Part shown: piece by piece, positions 11,046 through 23,675 of the stretch
Layout of the letters: every line of letters begins with the position of its first letter
How positions within the stretch are numbered: the stretch's first letter is position 1
NCBI GenBank assembly: GCA_023231475.1
Contig: JALJEE010002179.1
Location: 1 to 37,863, forward strand
Direction of reading: 5' to 3'
From: Seison nebaliae
Taxonomy: Eukaryota
DNA length: 37,863 bases
Notes under the pieces: model-generated
Database searches by the model: none
What the model saw: only the letters and a program-made list of their open reading frames with translations
What the model was told of the DNA's origin: nothing
Program-made: the position numbers and the translations under genes

Positions 11046-13378
11046 TTTTTATGCATGCAATTCTCTTCAAGATTTTTTCGAATAAATTCTTCATCACGAA
11101 ATTTCGTTATCGTAATATTCTTAATTTCGTTCAAAAGTTTTTAGCATGAACATTCTTCTACTCGTCGTATGAGTAGTTATTCTCGAGTTTTGGATAATAT
11201 TCTCGATAAAATTTTATTCGAATAGTTTTATTTATTTCTTTTTTTTTTCTCGTTCAATTTCTTCAAGGAACTTGGTCATTTCGATAGAGGATTTTCTCTT
11301 TAAAATTCTTATTATCATCATCAATTCGAGTAATATGGTCCATTGTAAAATAAATATAATTTATAATTACGTCGTGAGAACAATTTATTAGAATAACTGT
11401 TGTCGTTACTGACACATTTCTAAATAGAAAATTACGTCCAAAATAAGTTGGTTTGAATGTGTTGTGAATAAGACCCAACTAAAACTCATTGGAAAGAGTA
11501 CATAGAGAGAGTAGGAGGGACGAAGAAGAAAAATTGTATAAGAAGTTTGGCTAAGTCAGGTGGATGGATGTAATATGTAAATATAAAATTATCTCTTAAT
11601 ATAATTCTCGAATTGGAGAATTGTGAAGGAAGGTTTTCCTGTCTCAATTGAAGAACATTAGAAGAAATTATTCAATAAAATGTTGAAGGATTAAATCAAA
11701 TAAATTTCATTATTAAATCGATAAATGAAGGTTTGGGAGTTGTTTGGATAGAACAGTTTAAATGAATAACAAGAGGATATTAAAAATGTATTGATTGAAG
11801 AAGAGAAGATGAACTTCAATGTACTCATCCTATAAATGATGCATATGTCCAATGGAATATTTGATGATTGAATTAAGATAATTCATCTTCTTTTACAGAT
11901 TGTCCTTCTCCAACCAATTTGTCTACGGACACAAGACGAAAAGATACACATTCGTCTAATCGAATGAATATGTAATAATGTCGTTCAACTTCAATCGCCA
12001 TAATACTTCATAACAATGAAGAAGAGAATTTGGATAGGAAGATGGAGAGAGAATTCCATCAATTCTTTCCCTTCGTTCATTATTTGAAGGAGGAATGCAT
12101 GAAATTCATTCTTTTCCTCCGTACGGGTAGGCTTGAAGGGAGTAAGCGAAGTAAAGTTAAAACAGAAAGCAACAAATTTCCTGCAATGATATGGAAGAAG
12201 AAAATTATAAAAAAATTAATTGCATTCGTTCCACGACGCATTCATTTCCTTTCCATCATTTTTTTTTCTTTCACAAATTATAATATATGATGATGATGAT
12301 GATTCGTCAATTTGAAAATCCTCTCTCCAAAACATTATTCCATGGACGAAGAAGAAAGAAAAGAATTTTAGAAAAATCGTTTTGTAATTCACATTGTCGA
12401 GGATGTATGTACCTTTCGTTTTATCTGTTACGACTAACTGTCCACAATGGGCACTATCCGAACAAATTCCTCTTAATAGAGAGGAGAAGAATGATGATAA
12501 TATGAAATTATCGAGCATTATTTACGTTGGCGTCATATAATGGAATTTGAGTATGAAACTTTTATTTTTTTTCCGATCGATTTTCTTCTCCATGAGAATT
12601 TCCTATCCTTCAACAAAACTAATTTCTTCTCTATTTCCTCTTCATCATATTCCTCTTTATCGACATTCTTTCCAAACATTTTTCTTCCAACAACAAACCA
12701 TATGTGCAAATGCATTCTCGCGCTTGACCTTAGCATGATGATTTAAATAAGTGTAATAAATAATTCCTTCAAAATTACCGAGTCTAGATTCTGCATGATC
12801 AATATTTGATTGGTGTATAGTTCAATAATTTCTGTTGCAAAAGTCATCTTCTTTTTATTTTTTTTGTTGCTCCAAATATTTTCCTCCGATTATTTCTGTT
12901 GAATATTCCATTATGACCCCTATTAATTCGATCCTAATCAACTCATATTATGGATGTCCACCACACTAATATGGAGAGGTGATTTCATTTCTTTTTTCTC
13001 TTTTCTACTATTGCATAATCATCAATATTTCGAAATGAAAAACATAAATATAACTCACATAAATCCACATGACATAGAGGTATATTAAATTAAGATAAAG
13101 TGATTTGGAAGGAAAATAATTAATTGGACCTTTAAGATTTTAAATAATTCTTTCGTTTATTGTTATGTCGAATTATTATAATATTATCAATCGAATATTA
13201 TTTAACCCAGTTCGTTTATCGATTTTATACTTTTCTTTCTTTTTCTATCGATTTTCTCCCAAAAATAATTTGAATTTTGCTTTCTCAAATTTCTTTTAGA
13301 AATCTATTCGATTTTTCTTAATTGATTTATTATAAAAATCTTGTTCAATTCATTTCAATTCCGACCGAACTTTCAACC

Positions 13379-15234
13379 ATGACATTCGCCGGTTTTCGGA
13401 AACAATTGAATAAAGCAAATCAAGTTTCAATTATCAATCTTTCAAATTAATAATTCAAATAATATTTTCGAATTCAGTTTGTCAGTGAGAAGATTGGAGG
13501 TGCAAAAGGCACAGAATTAAATGATGAATTTCTTGATATGGATAAAGTTCAACAATTCATTCCGAATTTAATTATAGAATTTCTCTCAATTTAGCGAATT
13601 GAAACAACTTCAAAATTCATTGAGGATGTCACGACAAAAACCACCGAATATCTTCAACCAAATCCAGTAACAAGAAGTAAATTGTGGACTTACGCAAAAA
13701 TACGAACTGGTAACAGATCGTCAGTTTATCCACAACCAGAAGGTATTCTTGGCGACACAATGCAGAAACATAGCAGAGATTTGGGAACGGCTTCCGATTT
13801 CTCCGATGCACTTTATGATATGGGTGAATGTTTTAAGACCATGGCAGATTTGAAATATGCATTGGAAGATAATATTAAACAGAATTTCCTCGATCCTTTA
13901 CATCAAATGAAAGAGAATGAGATTAAAGAAGTCTTGGTTAGATTAATTGACAATCATTTTCATTCAGTCATTCATTTTATTTAGCATCATAAACGAAAGA
14001 TGGAAGGACGTCGGTTGGATTATGATTGTAAGAAACGACAAGCAAAAAAAAGTTAAATTTCTTTCGAGAAAATTTTTGCAACAAATTTTTTTCATAATCA
14101 TTTCTCATTTCCTAACTTAACAACAAATTAACAACTGACAGTTGGCGAGGGTGAGAAAAAATTTCTTTTAATTTTTATTAATTTTAATAATTTTCAATTG
14201 GTGCTAAATTTCTGTTGTAGTAAATTATTTTTTGGAAAATAGAAATTTTTTCGTGCTCATTGTGTCATGTGGCGAAGAAGGATTTATCTAATTATAAATT
14301 TATAGGTGGCGGTTATACTGAAGAGGAGATAAATGAAGCAGAAAGGAAATTCAACGAATCTAAATACTCCACAGAAATCGCCATGTATCAATTATTATCG
14401 AACGAAGTTCTAAAAATTCTCTTTGAAATTATTATCAAAATTTCTTTGTTTAGGTGGAGAACATTAGTCAATTATGTGCATTTAGTAAATCATTATTGAC
14501 CTATCATCAACAATGTGCGGATAATTTGAAGAATTGTTGTGAACAATTAGAAAGAAAGTTCAATTTAATAAAAATCAGTTGAAATTGTATCAATGTTTGA
14601 TTTCCTATTTGACAGGCGAGATCTAAGTTCGAGTAAACCGAAAAAGAAATTTGAGCCTACAATTGTGGCGAATGATAATGATTCCATTCCTCCCAGTCCA
14701 ATCCATCAGACGGCGTCGACCGCAGAAAACTCGGGAAATTTCATGAATAATTTTATCGGCGGTTTCACTGAAAAGGCCCAGAAAGCCATATTCTCTCCAA
14801 CTAACAACGACTCAACTTGGACATCTCAACCGGCAACTGCTATTCAAAATAATGGGAATTATCTTCCAACTGAATCAACCGCCTATCCATCAGCACCGAA
14901 AGAATCTCCATTTCACATACCAAATATGCAGAATACAAGTTTAATTTGATTTCTGTTTGTTATAAATAAAGAAAATTTCAGAAAACGAAGTACCACATGC
15001 CGAAGCTTTATATGATTTCGAAGCAGAAAATAGTACGGAACTCTCATTTAGATCTGGTGATATAATTAATTTAGTAACAAAAATTGATGATAATTGGTTA
15101 GGAATTTCAAAGGAAAATTTCGATTTAATTTAAAATATATTTAAATAATTTTCAGGTTTGAAGGCGAATGTAAAGGAAGAAAAGGATATCTACCAATAAC
15201 TTATGTTGAAGTGAAAGTTCCGTTACTGAAATGA
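13379..15234 (+). CDS. SH3GL/EndoA: Endophilin A (N-BAR + SH3); exons 13379-13423, 13478-13546, 13595-13936, 13985-14051, 14306-14406, 14454-14557, 14616-14938, 14982-15096, 15156-15234
   Basis: [78 protein letters not shown]3 [30 protein letters not shown]; all intron phases consistent. Confidence 0.96.
14142..14150 (+). other. Candidate 9-nt frame-preserving microexon of endophilin A
   Basis: CCTAAC..ACTGACAG|TTGGCGAGG|GTGAGA inside the only long intron (254 nt); phase 1-1. Confidence 0.65.
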
Positions 15235-16219
15235 AAATTGAATAAATCGTAAAGTGAAAATTATTAAGAGATCGATCAATCAATTTCAATCTGAAACAAC
15301 TCATTCTTCTGTCTGTAAATAATACACAAGATTATACAAAATTTTGAATAATCGATAAGGATTTATTTGACATCTCCATCAAATTCATTCAATTCAAGAT
15401 CAAAAACAAATTGTGTATTTCCATATTACTTCCACAAAATCTTATCTTAATCTCATCTTCTTACAGTTTATTTTAGAAAACATTGTACTTGTTATCTTTC
15501 CTAACGAATATCTTTTTATTCGGAATGAATTATTTTTATTTCTCTTGTCATTATCACCCAATCTTAATAGTCATTTATTGTCAATTTATTTCATTGCTTA
15601 TGCCCCTCCTCCCACTTCTATGAATGACAATTTATAGAACTTTTTTTTATCGGTTTTTTTTTATTGTAATCTCCTTTGTGCTATTGATGAGTCTACTCCA
15701 ATTTAGTATAATTTATACGATTAAATAATCTCAGTTATTCACGAACTTGATTACTTAAATGTTGAAGTTATTTATTGTCGTGAGAATGACGAATATCTCT
15801 ATCAAATTCAGTGGTTATATACAAATTATTCTTCAATTGTTTTCCATTTTTTCAAACATAATCTCTTCATTTCAATCTTATCAACCCATATCTTATCTCA
15901 CAACCATATATTTCTTACAAAATAATAAATTTTATATTTTATCAATTTGAAAGTGTCTTTTGTATAATTTCCCAACTTCTCATTGTATCGAATAAAAAAT
16001 AAATTCTATTCTGAAGAATAAAATATTTCATATTCATATTTGAATGCATAAACGAATTGACATTACAGCTAATATTATCTACCAAACCGAAGTAACATCA
16101 TGAATCAGATTATTGATTCCATTATGAATTCTTTTATTGGATAAAGAGTATTGGAAAAATAAATTATCACATTGCCGTTTATATATTGTCATATAATGTT
16201 CATATTTTTTAAATGAACT

Positions 16220-16225
16220 AAAAAA
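16220..16225 (-). terminator. RNA polymerase III T-run terminator of the tRNA gene
   Basis: TTTTTT 3 nt downstream of the tRNA 3' end. Confidence 0.75.
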
Positions 16226-16228
16226 TTT

Positions 16229-16332
16229 CGCAGTGGACAGGATTCGAACCTGTGCGGGAAGATCCCAACTGATCACTAGCATTAATGCTTAGAAATTCTA
16301 GTCAGTCGCCTTAACCACTCGGCCACCACTGC
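16229..16332 (-). tRNA. trnS-AGA: tRNA-Ser(AGA) with a 22-nt intron (16274-16295)
   Basis: GCAGTGG/CCACTGC acceptor stem, G73, D arm TGGCCGAGTGGTTAAGGC, anticodon stem ACTGA/TCAGT with loop CT-AGA-A^A, long variable arm, GGTTCGAATCC; 82 nt after splicing. Confidence 0.95.
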
Positions 16333-16636
16333 ATGTTGAATAATTTAAAGAGAATCTTATAAGCAAGTTAATTAATCTACACAATATCATTCAATTTAGT
16401 TGACAAGCTGACTTCAGTCGCGAAAATAATTGGTAAAGATGAAAGAATGTATTCTCCTCATAACTTTCTCATCATATTTCCGAGAATTATTTAATAATCC
16501 GTGTGATACAAATTTCAATATATAAATATAATATATTGTAATTGTATTTAGTTTATTTAAACAAATAAAATTTTTGACGAAACATTGGTAAAACTTCTTG
16601 GAAATGATTTAATAATTATTCATTGTTAATGAAGGT

Positions 16637-17281
16637 TTAAAATTTATTCATGTTCTGCCGATCTGGAAACGATATTGATTGTAATTCAATGAAATTACCT
16701 TTGTCATACGCAATTCGAATTCCTCGATTCATCAGCATTCCTTTATGAAATCGGTCGTTCTTCAACATATTATTTCCATCTTCAATAAAATTTTCCACAC
16801 ATTCTCGTAGTTTGTTTACTGAAAACTTTGTATTGTCCAATAATAAATGGTTCTTTACCATATTAGGCGACTGATTAGTTTCGTTTTGTAAGATGTTACT
16901 AAATGGCTTCTTTTGACTATTGACGTCGATTCCACAATTAGACACCACATTAGGTACAAGAGCTAGTTCATAATGATACGTACCTTCATCTATAAAAATA
17001 TTCTTTTGAATGGAATGTAATTCGGTGAGAGTTTTCCATTCTGGTGATGAAACTGTAGGATTATTTCTGCAAGAACTGAGCGGTCGTGAATGACTTCGTC
17101 TGAAATAATGGACTGCTCTTGAATTTCCATCCGACTGATATCTAACGGTTGACTCCGGATCTTGTAGATTTTGATTCTTTCCTTCAGAACCAACGTTTGT
17201 TTCATTAATTAAGGATTTGTGTTTTTGAATGTTCTTTCGTTTGCTATTAGAACGATGAATAGCTCTTGATGATCTTGCCAT
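16637..17281 (-). CDS. Intronless hypothetical protein (214 aa) with a basic N-terminus
   Basis: Long ORF for this AT content, AAAATGG start context; no family recognised. Confidence 0.65.
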   Translation of the reverse strand: MARSSRAIHRSNSKRKNIQKHKSLINETNVGSEGKNQNLQDPESTVRYQSDGNSRAVHYFRRSHSRPLSSCRNNPTVSSPEWKTLTELHSIQKNIFIDEGTYHYELALVPNVVSNCGIDVNSQKKPFSNILQNETNQSPNMVKNHLLLDNTKFSVNKLRECVENFIEDGNNMLKNDRFHKGMLMNRGIRIAYDKGNFIELQSISFPDRQNMNKF

Positions 17282-17773
17282 TTGTGGATATTGTAATTTT
17301 TAAGTAATATTAAATTTTTTAACATAAGTTCACGAAATTTAAACATGAATTGCAAATAATATAATTTAAAATTTTTATTCTTTATTAATAACTTTAAACC
17401 ATAAAATATTTCCCAATCAATCCTCAAACCATCAATGACAATCGCCAATTTAGGATACAATGTAAATCAGGAGATTACCTACATGGCACCTACCTACGAG
17501 AAGGACATTTTTTTATAAAGTAAGATAAAATAAAATGGGAAGAAAAATAAATGGCTTAATGTTAGATAATTACGGTTTTCACCAGCATTTAGTGCAACTA
17601 GCGTTGATCAAATAGTGTAACTAAAAAAATTGGTTGAGATGTTTTTGGATCGTACGAAAAAATATAGTATAATTAAATTCATACGAATTCATATTGAAAA
17701 TTATAAATTGATCTAATGGTAATTAATTTTTTTCCGTTTCCTTTATGTGTAGTCAGTTTTACTGCAAATAGAT

Positions 17774-20706
17774 ATGGGAAACATTTTACGGATAATTCTA
17801 CTAGTTATTCATATTAATCTGAGTATTAGCCAAAACCTAGAATTTTCGAACATCTTACTAGAAAAGCTTTGCAAGGATAATATATTTAATATAACACATA
17901 ACATAAATGCATATTGCAAAGATGTCGATGTTTTGACACTGAAATTTAGCAGTTTTAACTTTTTAGGATTATTGGAAATTTTCATCATTTTTATTACTTA
18001 TCATCAGGAAATGAAGTATTCAAAGTTACTCATGATAAAAATGGAACGAATATCGAGGGAGAGAATATAGAGTATGATGTTAAATTAATTAATTCAATTC
18101 ATAATTTAACTTGGTAGATTAGTGGCAAACTTGCGTTTTCAATGGTGGTAAAGTGAAGGGTTCATTTTATTCTATGGGATGTTTGTTATAACTATAGTTT
18201 AAACAAAATAAACGTAAATTAATGTTCGATTAATGTAGCACGAATGATATTGAAAAATCACTTTATTTCTGCATAGTTTTCATTTCTTCTACTGTCTAAA
18301 TTAGGTCATTTTGTAGGAAATCACGAAAGATCTTGGTAAAACTCATACTCTGAGTGGGAGACAAATTCGAAACTATCTACAAGTTCGAAAGTCAGTGAAC
18401 TTTCCAACTATGATAGAGTGCAAGACGAAGAATAAAGCTAAAACAATGTTGACAGATGGCAATTTCATCGCAAAGGTATTGTTAGTTCCTCTTATAAATA
18501 CTACAAAATAAATTGTTTGTGAATTGGAATGATGACACCATTTAAAACTGTTTTTTATGATTCAATAATATTTTATTATTTTAATTATTGTATGTGATCG
18601 ATTATGTAGGAAGTTTGTGTTTAAAATATGAGAAGTGTGGAAATTTTGTCGGGTAGGGAACGGAATAGGTTAAGGGTAAGGAATGGGTAAGGGAAGAAGA
18701 CCGACTGTTACGGAGAGGAGAGAACGGTTACATCTGTGAAAGCAACATACTTATCTGTCGGACAGAAATGAACGTTGAGTAATAAATAAAATCGTTTCCG
18801 GAGAGTAAAAAGGCAGAATGAAAGGGTTACGGAGCGGAACTCAATCTCATTTCAGTTCACCCTCATCTCTATTTTCGGAGCGGAACTCACCATATTTTTT
18901 CTATTTCTGAGCGGAACTCACTCTTTTTTTATATTTCGGAGTGGGACTCACCCTGAGTAAATTCACCTTTTTCGTTAAAATTCGGAGAGGAACTCACCTC
19001 ATAAAAAAAATCCCCATATTTTTCAAAATATTAGTAATAATTAAAATATTGATTATGATTGAATACTAATAATTTATGATGATATTAAATGAGGAATTTT
19101 TTTTAATAATATATTATTCTTTTGAAATTTTAAAAATGAGAAGAAAATTCTTTTTTGAGACAAAATGAGAAATGACGTGAGTTTAATCCATTTAATCTTT
19201 GACGTGTATTTGACATAGAGGGTTACCATTCTTATTGTAAAGTCTATTAATGTCAAATTATTTCAAAGCGTCTTGAGGCCATAAACCTATTATCCAATTA
19301 AGGAACCGTATCTATTTTAGAAGACCTCCTCAGAGATTTTTTATTATTTTTCCAATTTTACAAATTGGAAATATTATTATTTCGGTTCCTCTCCGAAATT
19401 AGAGTGATTTCCGCTCCGAAAAGTAAACAGAGAGTGAGTTCCTATATAAAGTGAGTACCGCTCCTAGATTCGAATGAAACTCATGAAAAACCGCAAACGG
19501 AATTTACGATTAGTGAATTACAAATACTCAAAAATATTTCACCGTTTTCTCATCCCCGAAATTATTTTTTATTAGAATTATATAACTTTATTATCAATAA
19601 CGTTCAATGTTAATTTTATTCTATTTTTAGGAAGAACCAACTGAGTAAAAGTTAAATTAATTTATCTCATAATCTTATTGTGGGTTATTTGAGAAAATGA
19701 ACCAAATGAAATAGTTGGAGGATAAATAAATATGATAATGTAATAAGTGGTATAACCAGTAACTAATCTAATAAACTAAATTTAGATGATCGAATAATCG
19801 AAAAGACTATCAAATTAACTGCAGAGATTTCCAATGTAAAAAAAGAGCATTTGATTATAATGAAAAATGAAAGCACGACTTTTCAAGAAAAATTAGATAT
19901 ATGTAAAGAAAACATGGAGTTTAATGTTTAATTATTTATTTATTGAAGAAAAAAGAAAATTTTTTTTAGAATCTTCATGATCAACATAATATAGAATGGC
20001 ATTTAGATAATGTTGAGTATCTTGATGGTTCCTTAAAAAATGCAAGTATTCAATGTAAAACGAAACTTCATACGAGTGCAGTAGTTATGTATATTACAAA
20101 TTTCAATTCAGAAATATTATAATAAACTTTTTCTCATAGGTCAATGAAAGTCAATATGATGAACTGCTTAAAGAGTCGTCGATTTATGATTTTAACGAAA
20201 ATATTACAATAGTAAAATTTGAACAAAGTTTGACATTACATATTCTTCACTACACGTTTGCATCACAAATTATTTAGCTACAGTAAAGGAGATATCAAAT
20301 GTAGAAAAGAAGAAAGCACAAAAGTATTTCTATATTAAAATCGGTATAATAATTGGAATTCTTTTATTATTCATTACATTGTTCTGCTGGGCTTATCGAT
20401 TTGCGACTTTAAGAACTAGGAAAAAGAAAAAACGATTTTCTTCCAGGTTTCTCTTCTACTTTATTAAAAAGTTTTCCTCAACTTAAATATAGTCTAAGAG
20501 TCAATTCAAGAAAATTACAAACCCCGAATTCTACCAGATTAGACATCATTCCAGGATCACCTACTAAGCTCAATACTCCATATATTTACACTTATGGTTC
20601 TTATGTCTATTTAGATAAACCAGATTCCATCCATAAATCCCCAATTAAATCCATCAATCCTATTAATTCCGAAGTTCCAGTTAAATCCATGGAACTTATA
20701 TTTTAA
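17774..20706 (+). CDS. Multi-exon type I membrane protein (signal peptide, Cys-containing ectodomain, TM, Tyr-rich tail); junctions near 17950 and 19630-19785 unresolved
   Basis: Signal peptide MGNILRIILLVIHINLSIS; run of short exons bounded by GTT..AG introns; TM IKIGIIIGILLLFITLFCWAY then RTRKKKKR; tail ..PYIYTYGSYVYLDKP..SMELIF*. Confidence 0.65.
18830..19464. mobile_element. Foldback/MITE-like element with modular inverted arms, inside an intron
   Basis: Five direct copies of TTCGGAGCGGAACTCAC variants (18830, 18874, 18905, 18935, 18981) and four inverted full or partial copies (19385, 19404, 19434, 19451). Confidence 0.75.
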
Positions 20707-21120
20707 GCATTAAAATTCTTTCAATTTTTTTACCTTATTAAATTATTAAATATTTAACTTGTAAATCATCATATCTTTCAGTTTTCATTTCCTTTTTTAA
20801 ATAAATAAATAAATATTATCGAAATAATGAAATTATTTCAAACTTCAATTTATACATACCAATAAAAGAAGCATACATGTTGTCCGAAATAATGATGGAG
20901 CATTTAAATATTAACATATATTTATAATCTTTGGTTAAGATTATGTTTTCATAATATCAAATTAAAAATCATAATATTCAAATTATCTCAATTCAATATA
21001 GTACAGAGTTTAGACAATCATCTCCTATTAGATCTTTTACTTAATTTTATTTTTTTTAATTTCAAAGTAACACCATTAGGCGATCATTTTTGTGAACGAC
21101 ATCCAAAGAACAAATATAGA

Positions 21121-21996
21121 TTAATCTCGAAAAACTGGTTCAGAGTCTAGAACTGGAAAGATTTTTTGGTAGAATAATTGATAAACCAACAAAAATCTTA
21201 ATTGTTCCATATCTCGATTTCTATATGACGGTAATACTTTGAGTATCGAATAATAGTTATTTAGAATAGTGAAATATCCGCAACCAGCAGTAAAACCTTG
21301 AACAGGTACATGTGGAGTAAGAAGTTTCCAGAAAAAACTTTCAGAAGCGAATGTATACGGCTCCGGTATGTTTAAACTTTTCGCCATCCTCTCAAAAAGT
21401 CTTCCGACTAATTGAGCAATAAGATCTTTTCGGCATTCAGTAGTTAGAACGGAATCAAGTGTGATAAGTCTACCGGTTTTCAGATCAGCAATAAGGGAAT
21501 AAAAATGACGATCTTCCGTGGTCACCCCATGAATTCCGACCAATCTCTTATCAAAAATATTTTTAAATTCTTTCGGATTATGTTGAATTCTCTTCAAAAG
21601 TGATTTTTCAGCATCAACAAATTTCTGATGGTTTACAATCCCTCCTTTTTGGCACCTGAAAATAAAGAATACTTCTCTAAAATTTCATCTAAACCATATA
21701 TCAGCGAATTTAATGTATTGACGGGTGAGCATGTAAGGGAAAAAAGTAATATTCAGTTGCGCTGACTCTTCGAAAAGTTTCCCAAAACCGTCCATTACTT
21801 TTTCATGATTTGTCAGGGCAATCACATATATAAAGTTTTTATAGAAGTCTCTAAATTCATCAACTGGAATTTGTGGAAGGAGAAGTTTAATATTCTTGTA
21901 ATGACGTTCTCCACCATCTATGAAATTGATGTTAATCACTAACTTATAAATCTTATAACTAACCGTTATAAATCGTCTGATTATGTTTTTTATGTG
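21121..21996 (-). CDS. Divergent Ulp1/SENP-family (C48-like) cysteine protease; intron 21656-21694; 5' exon(s) unresolved
   Basis: KNIFDKRLVGIHG..RHFYSLIADL..LITLDS..VPVQGFTAGCGYFTI follows the order and spacing of DIF..I.IPIH / HW / YDS / PQQ.N..DCG; a 39-nt intron joins the two ORFs in frame. Confidence 0.75.
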
Positions 21997-22499
21997 CTAT
22001 TATATCATTCAATTAATAAAGAAAAATGAAAGAGTTTAATAATAAAAGTTTGAAAACCGGTAACGGATATCCTTAACCTAAAAATAAATTATTTATGGAA
22101 TATTCATTAAAAGTCTTGAACTCAACAGGATCGATAGATAGATGTTTGTCGTGGATTTTCATACAATCGAAACAGACCAATAAAGAAAACAAAAAATAAA
22201 AGTTTACCATATCAACGAGAGAAATAAATTAATCTTAATTTCGTGTTTCAATTGACTTTTATTTATAAGAAATCGAATTAATCAAACAATTAACATCAAA
22301 CACTTTTTATTTTGAATATGAAAATTTTATTATATAATAATTTATATTATTATTTTAGATGATTTTATACATTAATAATTTTATTATTATAAAATAAATA
22401 TAGTTTAAATGGTCATAACGATAAGTAAACCGATTTTAACCATGAAACCTGAAGAGAAACAGAAAAGTCATTGAATGATTGAAAAATTCGAACAAAAAA

Positions 22500-23230
22500 C
22501 AAGTTAGTAGGTAGTGTCGAATGATGAAGCATAAATTAGAAGAAAACAAATTCTTTTGACATTATTTCTTCTTTTTTGAATATAATAATAGATCCATATA
22601 AACCCAAGTAACATAGATAGATAATATTGAATAAAATAAATTGTCTATATAAAGATTGGTGGAAGTAAGATTTCGGTAAAACTTTGAAATAAACTTTCCA
22701 ATTGAAATGAAACTATATGGTAATATCCCAATTTAAATATTGAATTGAAAATAGGAACAATTTCCATATAAATTGTTTGATAAAACTTATAGTAAATTTT
22801 TCGTATAAACATTGACAGCATTGTATTAAGTACCATTACATTGTTAACCAATTTGACGTCCTTTTAAGGAATTGCTTTATTCTTCCATCTTTTCTTGTTC
22901 AGCTGGATCTTTAAAGTTTATCTATGGGGACATTTCCATATTAATGACGGTAGTTTTAAACATATGGCATTCATCATCACTATGGTAAGGTCCATAGCAA
23001 AGAAGAAAAGTATGGAAAAAGCAGTTATCTAAAAGTCAAATGATGAATAAAAATAAAAATTAAAGTAAAACCTCCTATATAATACCCTATATATAATGTT
23101 CAATCGTAATTTGTTTTCAAGACCCTGATATAGACCCTCGAGAAAACATACGAGTTCCGATGGTTTCATCAAAGGACAATTCGATGAATCCAGTCCCATT
23201 GTTTGGGACAGTTCGTCAACCACTTAGAAG
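22500..23230 (-). pseudogene. Decayed or unresolved membrane-protein gene, copy A
   Basis: Fragments ELSQTMGLDSSNCPLMK, TIVMMNAICLKLPSLIWK, ILLPPIF collinear with copy B; stops present; limits approximate. Confidence 0.5.
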
Positions 23231-23675
23231 GTTGTTTCAGTGTCGTATAAACACGTTCCGAAACTACCCGATCGAAATTCGCTCCCTCTATTTATGGCAT
23301 AGTAAATATGCAATAAACCATAGACAGATTCAATCCTAGAAAATTACTATACAAATTTTAAACACTGTTGTTGTTCAAAAAACTATGTATGCCTATATGT
23401 CATTAAGCTAAAAATATTAACATGTGATAACTGACAGTTCGGATAAGGTGGCAATAATGAGCATGAAAATGCAATTTGAAAATATGACGTTTGAAATTCA
23501 TTCTCGACAACTAGGCTCAACTCATTTGAAGATTGATTTATATTAAAACTAATTCCAATATAATTTAATTATTCGATTAGAGATCGAAGCCTTCATCAAA
23601 TGGAAAGCATACAAGTTTTAGACTGTGCCTTCGTGGTAGACTAATTACCGTACTGACATGCATGGAGAGAATTTT

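Noticed and set aside
11263..12850. Cluster of short ORFs on both strands
   Set aside because: I could not build a consistent spliced frame or recognise a motif; may be non-coding or a gene I cannot resolve
16079..16282. 67-aa ORF
   Set aside because: Overlaps the tRNA gene; spurious
18830..19000. Regularly spaced repeats resembling a CRISPR array
   Set aside because: Eukaryotic intron, degenerate 17-bp units, short similar spacers, inverted copies on the other side, no cas genes
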